Assembly (NCBI GenBank): GCA_964035545.1 | Contig: OZ037767.1 | Span: forward strand, 6,774,707-6,838,706 | Reading direction: 5' to 3' | Length of the DNA stretch: 64,000 bases | DNA from: Bugula neritina | Taxonomy: Eukaryota > Animalia > Bryozoa | Shown here: positions 24,214 to 39,501 of the stretch, one piece after another | Layout: every line of letters starts with the position of its first letter | How positions within the stretch are numbered: the first letter of the stretch is position 1 | Program-made: the position numbers and the translations under genes | Notes under the pieces: generated by a model | What the model saw: only the letters and a program-made list of their open reading frames with translations | Told to the model about the DNA's origin: nothing | Databases searched by the model: none

Positions 24214-27200
24214 ATGAAGGAAGAAGCTGCTGGCCAATCAGAAGGCTCGGCAGCAACCAGGCTGTCAGCTGAGGCTGCAGAGTTTGTTCCTAGTCATGAC
24301 TGTAATAGTCTTCCAAAGTATATGTTCAACTGTTACCCATTTGTAACAGAGTCGGTGGGGCAACAGAGCAAGAGTAATGGAGGCACACCTAGTCACCATC
24401 AACAGTGAGGATTTATTAGATGATAATTAGTATTCTTTGCGCCATCGCTAGTCATCTGTTCGAGCTTATTGGCTGCCAACGCCCATCAATGAACTCATTT
24501 ATACCTTCTCTTTTTTGCGATTGGCCAGTTTTGGTGGCTTGGATGATGCATATTTATGGATTCTAAGATAATAGTTGTAGAATGGTAGTAATTTTATGCA
24601 TATTTTTTAACCATGTAATATGGGCTAAGTTTCCTTCGAAAGGACCAGTTAAATTCCTTCAACTGCTTAGTGCATATTTTCCTATTTGTCTAATTACTAT
24701 TTCTCTTCTCCTTTCCATCAGAGCGTGTTACTAGCATTTACAATACTGAAGGGGAAAATTCGAACCTTTAATCCATGCGTTAATCCAGATAAATCCTCGT
24801 TTAAAGTATCAAATGTTTCCATGGTTACTAGTACGTTGTGATTTGTTGCCAACTTGAGCAGGTAGTACATTAAGTGGTCCCATTCAGTGCTGGCACTAAA
24901 TCCTTATCCAGGAATACTTGCAATAGTTACAGAACTAATGCTATGTTATGTTACAGTTGGTTGGCACAGGAACTGCCCCTTCTTTCAAGAAAAAGATATG
25001 CATTGCCTTACTCGTAAAGTACATCTTCTGTTTCAGACACTCCAGCGAGGGGCTCCCCCATAAGTCGCTGCCACCTAACCACCATCATTGCTCTTCTGGC
25101 AGCAAACATCATGGCCACCAGCCAATTTTCCAAGCACCCCCTCCAAACTTTTACCCGTCACACTCTGCTACTCCAGGTAAGCCCTTAGCAGCTTCCTCGG
25201 CCTCCTTCTGGCCCTTCCCTGTGGCCAGTGCACTGTGTGGCATCTCTTTATTAGGTTTCACAAGTAACTCTGAGCCTGCTAAGTATTTCAGTGATTCCAA
25301 GTCCTCGTCTGCTAGCTGGTGACATTTATACACTGCTATGCCGAGCCCCTGTCTTGTATTACCATGTTAAATTATATGCCATGTTATTTGTTATAATAGG
25401 TATATGCCATGCTGTATGTTATATCACATGCTGTGCTGTATGTTGTAATATATGTCATGCTGTATGTTGTAATATATATCCTGCTATATGTTATATCACA
25501 TGCTGTGCTGTGTGTTGTAATATATGCTGTGCTGTATGTTGTAATATATGCCATGCTTCGTGTAATATTTTGTATCTATAGATTGGTACAATTGTCTTGC
25601 TATATTTATTGTCCTTAGACTGAGATAGTCTACAAATATCTGCTACTTATGAGCCGATAGTGTTGAGGTTTCACTGCTCCAATACATTATATATTTACTG
25701 TGTATTAGTAGTGTATACTACTATACAACTGCTGCATTACCTTAAGAGTACTTGTGCACATGTGCTACTAGCTCCTACACTAGCAACTGTCTAACTACTC
25801 AGTGTACACTGCTCCAGCACTTTTTAGCAGGGTAGCCTATGTACACACAAGTACAGCTATCCGTAATATAGCTTCATAGATAATCTGGTTACTAGGTATC
25901 TGGTTGTATAATGCAAACAGTCTTTATTCCAATAACTATTCAGTCCAATAACTATTCAGTTACTGAGCTGAATTGGGCATTAAATACTAAATGATTTATA
26001 ACAGGCAGTTTAAAGATAGTAACTTTTTCATCTCTAATAATCATTTTAAAATATGGTGCTTCTTTATCTCCAGCTAATGTATCTAACTCCCAGACAAGGT
26101 GTTTCCGTAATTTCTGCACTTTTAAATTTTAAATTATGGCCTTTCACTCTTTGAGACTGAAATATGTGTGTTTCCAAAGTGCAGTGTGCCTATATGTATG
26201 GTGCCAACAGTTGTGTATTTCTGAAAGCTGTGAAACTATTAATTTGCATCTCAGGTGCAACCATTTACTTTCTTGTATCAAAACAAGAAATCTTCACCTG
26301 GTTTCATCCTACCAGCTCTTTGTAATAATTAGTAGCTACTTTCAACTCTGTTGAAATATTGTCACTGTAATTTATTTTTAATTGCTATGAGGGTATAATT
26401 ACTGTGTTTATTATGTTAAGATGTGCCTGCATATACTTGCACTACGTACATGCAGGCTGTATGCAGCACAGGTGGTTTCCATCTCCTACTGTATACCTGG
26501 GTGTTGTCAGCTTGAAAATAGTTCAATTAGTGCCAATCCTCGCTGCCTTATATCTCCGCAAAGTTTTCGTTTTCTATATAGTATATACACCCTGCTTTAA
26601 AGTTTAAATGTTGACATCTAGTGTATGTGGTTATGTAGTATTCTAGTTAATGCACCTTTGTAATATATCATTTCATGACATGAAACTGGAAATACCTTTG
26701 GTAGAGTTGGCATATTTAAGAGGCTAAAATTAGTGACTGTTTTAGCATTTTGGTATTTTCTGTAGTTTATGTTTCAGTAAAGCAAACTAGAATAAATTAG
26801 TACATATAAGCATTCAGGATCAACTAAAGTTATCTCCCCTGGTTTAGTCCTATATCTTACTCAGAGTAGTCTGGCAAATCATAATAATAAAATGTTTTAA
26901 TAGAAATTAGAGTCATTTTGATATAGTTGGAGATATTCAGTGTTGATTGAAATTCCACCATTCTACCAATTAGAAATTCTTGTAGTGGTATGCAATATTT
27001 TTAATGAGAATTAAATATATTCATAGTGATGTGATCAACTCAACTCTGTTCCAGTCATGACTTTACTGAGACCTGATTGAAAGGTTTTGTGTTAGCTTGA
27101 CTTAACCTGATTAGCCCTTGCCCTTGAATTGCTGTGAATTTTATTTTCGGTTACACTTTGCCATGCTATTGTCTAAATTTATTTCCAAATTACTAAACTA

Positions 27201-30200
27201 AAAAGAAGCAGTTTAAAAAATGTTCTTCATTGCTACAATTCATGACTTCTGAAATGTGCCCACTTGACACTAGAGGAAGCTGTGTGTAAGTTGAGACAGT
27301 GAAAACACTAATAATTATGTCACAGAATCAATACCCAACACCATGTTATCTCAGCACCATTATATGCTATGAACATAACACGGCATATTACAAGGACTTG
27401 TATTCTACCATGCAGGGCTCTATGGACAAGTGCCAGCTAGTCATGGTATGTTTCACCCTGGGTTCTACCCTCCAAGGTGTCCCAACCCCGGAGACATGGC
27501 TACTCTACAAGCATATGGCCACCCGCCTTACCTGCAGACACATTCACTCGGCTATCCTATGAGTGGTCCACGTGCACGACCCCCTAGACCACTTCGGCCC
27601 CCTCGGCCCAGTCATCCCCAGAATATCGCACCTCCTCACTTTGGCCCAGCACATGGGGGCAACATCAACAGACATTCTGATGTACAACACAGAAAACACC
27701 AGGTTTGTAGTAAACCACATTAATGCATTTCTACTACTTTTTTTTATAAGGATACCAGTGCTATCACTGTAATACTACCACAATCAGTGCAAACAGCACG
27801 GCCAGTACCAACTTGACTAAGTAATGATTATAATTAAAAGCAGCAGTTTATCCAGTCACTATGTTTTGCTCATTACAAAGTCAGCTTGACAGTTGATATA
27901 CTAGTTAGAAGGTGTGAGATGCCTATTTCTGTCTGCACTTGGTATTTTCATTGAGGGAAATGAGTAGTGCATGCATTCAGAGCTGAGCTGGGAACCATTT
28001 CAATTTATATCAATTTAATCATTTATTAGTCCAATTCTCCGGGAAGTTGTGAATTTTGTGACCGATTTTTTTTAGCCATATAAATTTCATAATGAGCAAG
28101 AACAATATAAATAAGTTAGTCTATCTTAGTGCACGTGTTTGGGCAAAGCATGTTGATTTATAACAGCCGAAAGGTTTCGTTTCATTTTAAGAATTCACTG
28201 TACACTGTTAAGGTTATAATATAAAACAAACAACAATAGAAAGTTGGTACCTGTATTTATTATTGCTCTCTGTTGTCAAAGCATTACGAAATTTTGCTGT
28301 AGAGACGGCTAATAGGTTCCATTATACCTTTTTACTTGCCCAGTCACTCAGCGAACACAATAGGTTTCTTGCAGCATTCAATAAACTATTAACTTTTACA
28401 TTTTAAATAATATCGGTAAGGTCTATAATGAAATAGCAAATTGGTGCTTTATAAATGATGTGATAAGCTCTCATAATTGTCACTAAATTATGTTGTAATT
28501 AGCAGAGTGTTGAGGAACATCTTGCTTAAAAAGTTCACTATTCCTGGGTAGACAGAAAAAAACTTCAATTTGATTTGAGTGGAAACGCTGCTAATTGTCT
28601 TAAATTGTCCTGAATTAGTTTAACTGGTTTATCTAGCGCAATGGACAAAATCCTGTTGCACCTACATAATATGAATCTCTGGTAGGCTGCCAACTAACTG
28701 TGAATGGCCAGTAGTGTGAAAATATGTTTATATGGTAAATTAACTTGAAATTTTTCTTTTGTTCCAACAACCTATTGTAGTTTTGTAATTGTGTGCTCAA
28801 CATAATGAGGTTAACTAATTTATTATATTATGGTTAGCCTGTGTTCATCCAAGCATACAACTTTAACAATCTGGGGAAGGTATTGAAAAAACTATTCAAT
28901 GTAACAGTGTTTGTAGATTATTTCTACGGCTATTGTTCAACTCATGTGCTCTATATGGAACAGTAGTTACCAACCATGGGGATCCCCCTTCGGAAAGGGG
29001 TCATTTCTAAAAATTTTCTTGCAGTTCATTAATGCTTTTTGAGCTCTTGCCTTCTTCCCTATATATATCTATAACACCTCCACCTTATAGTTAATCTATT
29101 TTCTGCATTTAACCATCTAAATTTGTTTCCACCTGCATGTGTCTATTCATCACTCTACCTAACTGCTACCTGTGTTACTTCAAATGGAGGTTAAACAGTT
29201 TTTTGGGAGCAAAAACAACAAGAACTTTTAGCAGCCATGCAAGCTGACATCAATGAAGAAACTTAAACCTAAAACTGCAAGAGTGCAACCATCACATATT
29301 TGCTTTTCATAGCAGCATCAAAACCTCCAAAGCTAAGCTGAAGTTGTAGCAGACTTGCTTCCATATCAAAAATATGGTGTCTTTCCCACACCCAATGAAT
29401 AATTTATTAGGAAAAAACATGTTCCAGATTCTCTTTCTAAAAGCACTTCGCTAATATAAACTTGTGTGATGTGTTGTGTCAGTCATGTTAACTTGCATTT
29501 GTTTTGCTGTTGACATTACCTTATGGCTGTGGTTTCCTTCTATGCAACATTTCCATTAGGTGAATGAAAACTCCATTCACATCATGCAATCATGGAAATG
29601 TAGCGATAAACTCCAATTTTCAAAAGGGTTGAAATTAACAGTAATAAGAAGGGAATGGTATGAAAAGGTTGAGAATCACTGATATAGAATGTAATTTCCT
29701 GTTGATTGTGTAGAAACAAGGGTCAAGCTCTGACAGAAGACCAAAGATCTCGGTTGGCACACAGAATGAGTTTGGTTCAAAACACACCAACACTAAGTCT
29801 GGGAATGTATCCACCCGGTCTCTCACTAAGACTATAATGCTCATGGACACAGCCGCTCAAACTGGTCAGTTCTCTTTCCCCCCACCTTATAGTTACTAGC
29901 TCTGTATAGTAGTGATCTGGTGGTAGGTTGTTATCTTCTTTTGCCTATTTTCCTGAACCAGTATACCTGTATTACCTGTACTATAAGATAGAGAGAGTGT
30001 GTACCAACAGTGGTGTGTATAACTTGGCTATTCAAACTTCAATTCATCTCCCTTCACATTACAATGCAGACCTAAGCTTGCCCATAGATATGCCCTCTAT
30101 CCTACAAGAGTACTGGGTTATATTTCAAAACAATTTCTATGAATTTGTTGCAGATTTTGCTTCGGAGATTGCAGACCACACCTTGGAGCAGGTGCCCAAC

Positions 30201-33200
30201 GCTTTGTATCAGGGAAAGCGTAAGTTACGGCGGAAGACATTCCCCTCCCGGCAGCAGCATAATGGCGGCACGGATTCAACTGACAGCGAGGAGTTGGACC
30301 ACAGTGACTCTGGCTACTCCAGCCCTATGCACCGGCAAAACCAGATAAGCAGTGGAACAGATGCCCAGACCAAGACTGTGGACTCACACTCTAGCGGTGT
30401 ATCGGTGGGGGCGGTCACCACAGCCACCCATTACGTGACCACCCCGCCTCTCTCTGTGGTGACAGTCTCACAAGTTAGCTCGTGTACCCAGCTGCGACAA
30501 GCGAGTAGCGTGTACCATGCCACCCCCCTCTACAGTGAACAAATAACTCCCAGTCTAAGGAAGAGTTATGCCCTCTCTGCCAGTCTACACAGACCAGCCA
30601 TGGTAACAGTTCCTCATCTCCACACCAACATGCCTCAGGCTACGGGCTCACTCGCTCAGACCAAAGACAGCGCGCTGTCGGAGCAGGAGGATGAGTTGGA
30701 GGAAGCTCACCCTTCTGGAAAGAAAAGGAAGCGGAAACGAGGACGTCGGCGTAGAAAGAAAGGTATGTTCTGGGGATCTTAGAGTATACAGGAAACATAA
30801 AGTGTACGTGTTTAGTCACATCTAATTCAGAGATTCAGCTTCCGTTTGTGTTCATATGTAGTTATGTTGTTATGATAGTTTATAGTAAAGGTTGGAAATA
30901 CCTCTGATAGATTGCTGTGTGTTATGGGCCACTTCTAGGCAATTCAGTAGCTGCCTTTTCAAACCCGTCTCATGTTACAAGCATAAACTGTGTAGTCATT
31001 ACAGCTCAGTATGCTGAGTGTTTCTATTTCCACTAAAAAATAACTTTTGATAAGTTGCTGCAGCTATGAATGCCATTACATGGTGATTACTTGTAGTAAT
31101 GTTTGTAGCAATGTGAGGTATGCATGCTTTTCCTTTAGTGGTTAGGCAAGGCAAGGCAATGACTGAGCTGTGTATAGCCCAGTGAGTCACTGCCTTAAGC
31201 TAATCATGTAGTAACAATTAATTAGTTTATAAATACTCTAATTAAGCTGATATAATAGAACTGAAATAAAACCTAGCCTCGCCTCCTCAACTAACGAGTA
31301 ACAACCAACAGGTTGGGCCATCAAAGAAACTATTCAAGTGTTTGATAAACTCTGGAGAATTATGGTCTAGAAAAAATGCTTTAAATATTCCATATAATCT
31401 ATATTCTAGAATCTAGATACTGGCTACAGTTTCTAGAATGTTCCAGTTATAGGATGTCCATATAATATTTACCATCTTCTCACTGCAAAGCATTGAAGGG
31501 TGCTGATTGCAAATATCAGTTTTTTATTGAAAGATAAATAACATTTTAGTTTCATTGTTTTGGGTGAAGTGCTGCAGTGTTATGTGGAGCCAACGCTGTT
31601 TGAAGAAACTCACTTGTAGAACTAGTTTCTACTCAGAGTTTACCAAGAGACCATCATTTAGTATTTACCTTCCCAAATCTTTCACTCCAAGTAGAAGAAA
31701 TGATGCCCCCCCCTTGTCCCTTATACTTCTTCCTAAGCCCCCTATGGTCCTTCTATGCCCCATTATGGTTCCCTGTGGTCTCCTATACCCCCCCTATGGC
31801 CTGGTTAGACACATGTCAATCCAACTGATGATCTCTACTCTCTGCTGTATTTACAGACAAGACTTCTGCAGAAGATGGAACTGGGGGTAAAGTTGGAATT
31901 GTGGAAAACTTAGAGGTTCGCAATGTGAGTTTTATTTATATCCAGTGAATATTACACAAGTGTGTAATAGTTGGCTGTCTCTTTCAGATACACATATACC
32001 CATATCTTATGATGATTAACACTTGTTTGTTTCTATCCAGCAATCACCAATCCTTAGTCAAGAAACACCATTCAACTTGCTTTCACCTGACAGAATAGCA
32101 GAAAACTTCCCTTCTTTTGCCGAGGCTGGGTTGTACGACGGTAAGTGTCTGGTTCCACCAATCACATTAGCCGTGTCATAATATTGATTATACAGAATTG
32201 ATTATACTGAAACTGCAACTTCTACCGGAAGAACAATAGCATAACATTGTTACTCCTTATACATCAGTACCTCTCAATGCAATCTTTCAGCTCACATTCC
32301 TCTGTTTTAATTTATTAGAAATTACACAGCATGTTAATCTTGCGTTTTATAGTTTTTTTGCAGCACATAATCCCAGCATTATCCCGATATTTAGTTTGAG
32401 TTATGTGAGTTAGTATGGTATAATGTAGAGCTACAGGTACTGGATGGTAAATACCTTATATATCAAGCTACTGGCTCTCAGCTTGAGACAACCTCCATCT
32501 TGAATGTCCTTTCATAGTTTACTTGTCTTGGAATAATAGCATTTGATTTTAGAAGTCAAATGAAATGTAATTAGTTTAATGAGTCAGAAGTTGTTAGGCA
32601 GCAGTTGTGCTGACCTAACCTCTTAAAGTATTATCTGCAGCTGATGTCTGCTGTTTTTATTTCAGTTAGTCAACAAATTAAACTTTCTAGTTTCACTACA
32701 GAGTGTCTCTTGTCAGTTTAGTGGGTATTTTACTCTGCAGTAAGGAATTGCCTCCTCACTCACAAGCTTGCTGATAGCTCCCAGACAATAGTCACTTGGA
32801 TTAATCTAAGCTGTTCATATAGCTGAATGTTTCAAAAGCTTAGCTGTCAGTGTAGTCGAGTGTTGTGAATCCTTATAGAGTCTTGAGTTTTCTGGTTTGG
32901 GTCACTTCACCCACCCCCCCCCCCCCCAACTCTATTGCGCAGATTAGAGTTAGAATTGAATTTCTTAGATTCCTCAGAGTGTAAGCTTTCTGGAAAGAGG
33001 AAGAAAAGGCGGGAACAGGCTAATAAAGCTGCAATGGAAGAGCAGTTGGAGATTGACCTTGAACAGCAAGCCCTCAAGGTCGTTAACCAGACTCCTGTGA
33101 TAGTGAAACCTACGCCCCTTCTGGTCTCACCCCCTCCTGCCAGCGGTAAGAAGTCCCAGCAGCCAGTCTCAATAAATCTGATGGACTTCATTGCTAGCCC

Positions 33201-36200
33201 TAGTCCCAAGGTAAGTCTTTACACCTGAAGTTGTCCCCTCACTACAATACGAAACCACTTTATCCAGTAAATATGTAACTGTGAATGTATTCTTCAGTTA
33301 GAAATGGAAGGAATCTGCCAGCCTTTTTAAACCTAGCAAAAGTGGTGCAGAGAAAGTCCTTTTGTTTCTAGTATCTAGTGTTGAAGTAAACTTTATAAGT
33401 GTTTTTGATTGTTGGTAGTCAAGAGAGATTTTGTAAAAAGTGAATGCCTTGCTTTCCTGCTCTTCCTGTAATGCTATAACTTATTCCACGTTATTAGTAT
33501 ATTCTGTACTGTAACTAGAATCCATGCTGTAAAATGTAGGAAACATTCACCAGTGTTTACATGTGTTGTGATTGGTAGCTAGTGTAGCCTTTGTGCTCTG
33601 GTTATTGATTGTTTCAGTGTAGGTCAGTCGCATTCTCTATATACTTGTACATGAACTGCCACACTGTATTATATCGCTGACAGGCAGTTTTATATTACTC
33701 ATACAATATTTATACTATTAATATAACTGTAGTTTTATATTACAGCTTATAGTGTGTGTACTTTATATGGCATACACTCATTGTAGTTTAGTTATTTATT
33801 ACTACTCTGAACAAAATGGCTGTATATTATACGAGATGGTTCTCTTACCTATTAAGTATGGCATCTATCAACACTTGCAATGTTACATTCATACAAGGTT
33901 CCATTAAAGGAAGGCTTGTCATGTTTCCTGCCCTTTAGGACAGGCATTTCTATATACTTTTAACCAGTGATTTCTGAGGGCCTGCAGCCAGTCTAATCAA
34001 ATTTAGACTGAGATCCTAGAGTAGTTATATTACTCTAAAGGGTCCCGACATAGCTGAGTCTGTAGGCCGCAGACACTCAATTTCAACTTGTATTCAGTAA
34101 AAAAATATTGTTCTGTTTGTATTTTATAGCATAATGGAAGCAATGTTATAATATGCAGCCAATATGAGAAGACAACTCCTGTAGATAGAAATACTCATGG
34201 AATGTATTCATTTGTAGCCTCTGCAGTCGGATACTGAAACGCCCACGCCGGTGCAGAAAAAGAATAGCTTTAGTCCCAAGAGTACTGCAGCTCTCAATCC
34301 ACTGGACTCCTCCGCACCCAACCAAAAGCGGGGCAAGGAAAGGGAGACCCCTAAGGCTAAGAAACCCAGTGCCCTCAAGAAAGTCATTCTCAAAGAGAGA
34401 GAAGAGCGGAAACGGATGAGGTAGACGTTTTTGAAACTGTAACTTTATAAAGTAACATAGAGATGTGTTTATAGAGCAAAATTCTGCATGTAATTTTAGT
34501 CAATAAAGTTGCTTTGTTAAAAAGAGCTGGTGATATCCTAGCAACCATTAGCTCTGAACTCAAAGGATCCGCCATCAGTGTAATACTAAAGTGTCTTGCT
34601 TGCTGCCGCTTGTTTGCTGACTTAGTGTGTGTCTTAGTAATTCCTCTGGCCAATTAGATGTTGGGTTTGTGTTCAGGTACATTGGAGACGGGCCAGTTGA
34701 TCTGATCTCTACACCTGACTCCAGTCTCCACTTCACTTCTGAACCGGAAGAGAACGACGAAGATGATGTAATCAGTGACATAGAAGAAGCCAATTTGCTA
34801 GGCAATAGCTCTATAGGTTGGTAAAACTAGCACCTCGTTTCCATTTCTTGGAATGGATCAGTTTTGATGCATTTGTGGTTTCGGTTCCCATTAACTTATG
34901 GTTACGGTTTCACTCATTCAACTGTTCCCAAACATCAAATGAAAAATCCATGCAAGCAATGGAAACACAGTGATGGTATATAAACTTTCTGTTGGTATTG
35001 TTGTCTCTGTATTTATACTGTTTCAAACTGATGAACTGGTATGACATATTGAAAGCCTGGTGGAATTTTAGCTCAATATTTTTATAGTACAAGACATAAA
35101 AAGTTAAGCATTGCTAGACATCAGTTAGGTTCACGGTGCCAGGTCAAGTGAGAGTAAGTGATTGCAGCAGATGTGTGAATGTGATGGCATATTGTGTGGA
35201 GTGTCGGTTACAAATCTGCAGCTTCTGTTACATTGTGTCAAAGGTTCTTAGAAATAATTAGTCTACAGTGACGTATTCAGCACTATATAGTAATTATATA
35301 TAACACCATGTTGCTCTGCTTACCTGTAGTACACTCTGCCATATGTATTTTCATCATATCAAAGTAGTGTTGAAGTGATTGGAGACTTGCAGGTTTTAAA
35401 AATCCCCAAAAAATGACAAATATGGTTTTATGTTTGAATGTTTATTGTGGTTGTTGATAGATAACGTGTCTTCGTATTACAGGAGATGACTCAGGAACAC
35501 CCCATAGTCAAGATTTATCCCCTGTTAGTCAAAACTCTCCGATAAGTGTCGGATTGTTGTCTCCCCCGACCAGCCTGAGTAATCCAGCCAGTGGTATCGG
35601 CAGCCCTACTGTTGTCAGCGACATCATACAGAAGATCCATTCCCGTAGATTTAGAGAGTAGGTGTTGGGCACGCTCTATAGATAATGTATAAACCTTCCC
35701 ATTCTATTTGTAGATAAGGTATAAGTTTTTCCATTCTATTTGTAGATAATGTATAAACCTTCCCATTCTATTTTTGATAATGTATAGACCTTCCCATTCT
35801 ATTTTTAGATAATGTATAAACCTTCCCATTCTATTTATAGACAATGTATAGACCTTCCCATTCTATTTATAGATATTGTAAGCAAGTCCTGGACAAGGAG
35901 ATTGATGCCAACTGTACCAACCTTCTGCAAACTCTCGTCAAGTTCCAAGACCGGCTCTACCACAAGGACCCTATAAAAGCAAAGACAAAAAGAAGGCTTG
36001 TACTGGGTTTAAGGGAGGTCACCAAACACCTCAAACTTAGAAGGGTTAAACTGGTCATTATATCTCCTAATCTCGAGAAAATACAGTCTAAAGGTAAGAA
36101 ACTTTATCTTTCTAAATTAATTTTGCCCTGTGAACAGTCGATGAGTTATATTATATGTTTCATGAGATATGGAAGGGTACATAGATCCTTCTGCTGTATT

Positions 36201-39200
36201 ATGGATTACCAGCTGCTGTATTTAAAATAATTTAAATGTGTTTTCATTTCTATCCTAAATGGCGCAAAATATCTGCTTCCAAGACTTATTTCATTGGTTG
36301 TGAGTTAGTCAACTAGCCACCAGGTTTTAGAATGTTGGAATTTTATTTGCTACTTAATTAAAACCATTTGACTTTATTAGCTACTGTTGAAGTTTTTTAA
36401 TTTAGTAGTTTGGAAGTTTCACTTCTTCAAATTTTAAAAGACACTTCACAGTTATCAGTTAATAGTAGTGTAAGTTGATCGTATTATGTGAAATTTATAT
36501 ACAATGTGGGATTTAAATGACTGGCAGTGTTAATTTATAGCCTTCAGATTATCTATATTTTGGTAATTTCATACAGCATTAGCTTAAATGATGGTTTTAA
36601 CCCGAGGAGACATTTATCCCTTGACTTCAAAAGTTTAAAGTTTCAGTTTCAATTCTGCATTCTATTAACTTCTTCTCATTTCTTCTCACTATTTTATTCT
36701 TTGCTGGAGTTGTCTTTCTTATGTGATGCTCATGTTTCTCACTTTGTAAGTTGTAATGCTAGGCGGTCTCCTTGCAGTAGTATTACACAATGTGGCTTTA
36801 TATAGGCAAGGTTTCACAATCTCTACATATAGAACACATAAATTCCTTTTTAATGTTAATTACCCTTTTCTCTTTTACAGCATGCTAATGATACCCCTGC
36901 ATTATTGTATAAACTCTTTCTCAATCCAGTATTCTATTCTTAGGTGGCCTTGATGATGCGCTGAACATAATTATAAACCTGTGCAGCGAACAGGATGTGC
37001 CGTTTGTGTTTGCGCTGGGGAGGCGGTCTCTTGGCAGAGCGTGTGCCAAGCTTGTGCCAGTCAGTGTTGTTGGAGTGTTCAATTATCAAGGAGCAGAGGT
37101 GAGACTGGGATCCTAGCACTAGTTTGTATGCTGAGCTATGCATCCTATCAGAATGTGCATTTGCTGTGTACAGAGGCTAAATCTGATGTTTATGCCACCA
37201 GCTTATGGCAATAAGTAATAATAACGTATGTAATAATTTTTTAATGCTTAGTCTGTTTTACCTTGACTTCAAATCCAATCCACTAAGCAGTCGATTAGCT
37301 TGTTTTAATTCTTATATATGTTTATATCATGATAAGTATAGTATGAAGCTAGAGGTTGGTGACTTTCAATAGTTTATCACTTGTCTTTTTTTACAAACTG
37401 AATAAAACAAACTCAATATTTTGTAAAAAAAATGGCTGCTCCAGATGTTTGAAAAATGTACTTTGCATAAAATTCATTTTTAAAGCTGTAGACCAACTAC
37501 CGCAAGCTTTAAGTGCACGAATAGTATGGAGTTGTCTTCCTTACTTTGAAATCTCATAACTTGTTCATTTTTAATAATTTTCAATGCATACACAAATTAT
37601 AATATGGAGTTGTCTTTCATTGATTATAGACTATGTACAAAGAACTAATAGAGCTTACCAGTCAGGCTAGGGAGGCGTACCATGAGATGGTGGATGCCCT
37701 GGCTAAAGAGTTGGCAGAGTACGGAGGAGCTCTGAAAGGTTCCTGTGGTCTGTATTTCTCACACCTTGGTCACTCCCGCACCCCCTCTGGCTGCAGCGCC
37801 ATCTCATTTACTAGCAGTATCCTCTCAGAACCTGTTTCTGATGTTCAGAGTGTCAAGGCAGAGCATATTACATCCTACAGTAAAACTGCTACGACAACCA
37901 GTATTCAGTCAGAACAGGTGGGTTCTCAAACTTTGTGCTTTATGTTGGTGCAGTATTCAATGGACTCCGTAAACTGTCAAAGCATTAGAGAAACTAGGTT
38001 CTTGTTCTAATAACCTCTCCTTGTCTTTGGTTTACTGAACAGTTTTGTCTCTAATGCTAAAACAATTATCTGTTTATTGTATCTGATTATTTTATACAGG
38101 TATATTTTTATGGTGTAATAGTAACATCGTGTATTGGGTGTATATTTGTTAGGCCAGTAGTCAAGGTTCCATGCCCACATCAGGCAGTAGTTCGATAAAT
38201 GAGACACGCGGCCCTCTCCAGGATGATATTTACGACATAGATGAGGGAAATGAAGCCGATACTGAAGATAATGACACTGTCAACCACAACCATGCAACTC
38301 AAACTGCTCAAGATGAAGCAAATGCTCAAGGAAATGACATCTCAGCTCTTAACGTAGCTAGTCAGTTTATTACTTCATAATATTATGCATTCATTAAGAT
38401 AAATAAACAAGAAGCATTTCTTTGGTTGCTACTTTATTTATTTAAATAAATTAGGGACCAACCAATATTTTTCGTTTGCTTTTAATAAACTTACTAGTAA
38501 TAGTAATAGGTAAAGATGTATTTAAGTTATGCATTCAATGTGTATTTGTCTTTTATAATAATATTATGAAAGTGAAATTACTTTTTGTTTTATTACTTAC
38601 GTTTTAATTTTTATTTTAGATAATACAGAAACAAGTGCCAAGTCTTATATTAATAACGATAAAAATGGAGAGGCTGTTTCTTTTCAGGTAACTATAATGA
38701 CTACAGTTATAGTTATCTCATCATCTCTAACTGAAATAATTGTCTTTGCAATAATGTACGTCTATGTTGTCAAGATTGGTAGGTAATATCATATTGCCAT
38801 GCATAACAAAGTTTTTTTTCTTTGCACTTTATTGTTTAAACGTTTGAGTCGGTGATAAAATTTAAAAATGTAATCGGATTTTGCTGTAACTGTGGCCTGG
38901 TGTACTACAAGTAGCTGATGCCTTATTTTGTAGGAGGAGTCTACCAAATCTATAGACACAGTTAGTCAGTCGTTAGCACAAATGTCTCTTAAAAAGCGAT
39001 CACATGATAGCCATCGACGAACAAACAGTGGCAGCCATTTTGAAATTAGATCACAGGCATCTTCACGCACCCTAGATCACCATGACACCGTTAGGTAAAG
39101 CTCATCATTACTTTACCTCCACATAGGAAATTAAGTTAATTAACTAGGCAACGTTATAAATTGCAGAATATAGCATTTTGTGTAGCTTCTTTGACCAACA

Positions 39201-39501
39201 TTTTAGAGAGCCATTCCTTCTAGTTAAAGTTGCTTTTTCATCTCATTGCAGCTGCCATTCATCAGTGACTATTGAGAATGCGAGCGAGACAGAGCTAGTC
39301 GCAGAACCGCTTGGTTCCAGCTCCTCCAGTTCTCATCTGGATCGAATCAAGTCTTGGGTACGTGATGTCGATACAAAGAGTACTCTACCTGCTGAAATCT
39401 CCCAAGACGACGTAGAGTTCAATGCAACGTACACAGCTTGTGAAGCAAACACTGATGTCTTGATATCTAGAAGTAGATCTCCTAGCATATCTAAGAGCTA
39501 G
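24214..39501 (+). CDS. SECISBP2L: SECIS-binding protein 2 family (SBP2/SECISBP2L), multi-exon
   Basis: N-terminal PAM2-like TRLSAEAAEFVPS and YMFNCYPFV; K-rich NPLDSSAP-KRGKERETPKAKKPSALKKVILKERE; KIHSRRFREYCKQVL; L7Ae domain RRLVLGLREVTKHLKL...IISPNLEKIQSKGGLDD...VPFVFALGRRSLG...VSVVGVFNYQGA. Confidence 0.93.
25370..25570. repeat. Degenerate intronic minisatellite (ATGCTGTATGTTGTAATAT-like unit)
   Basis: Visible tandem units. Confidence 0.75.
35679..35880. repeat. 32-bp tandem repeat (6 copies) filling an SBP2 intron
   Basis: Unit ATAATGTATAAACCTTCCCATTCTATTTGTAG. Confidence 0.9.

Noticed and set aside
35679-35872. 32-bp repeats as a CRISPR array
   Set aside because: Head-to-tail units without spacers, inside a eukaryotic intron.
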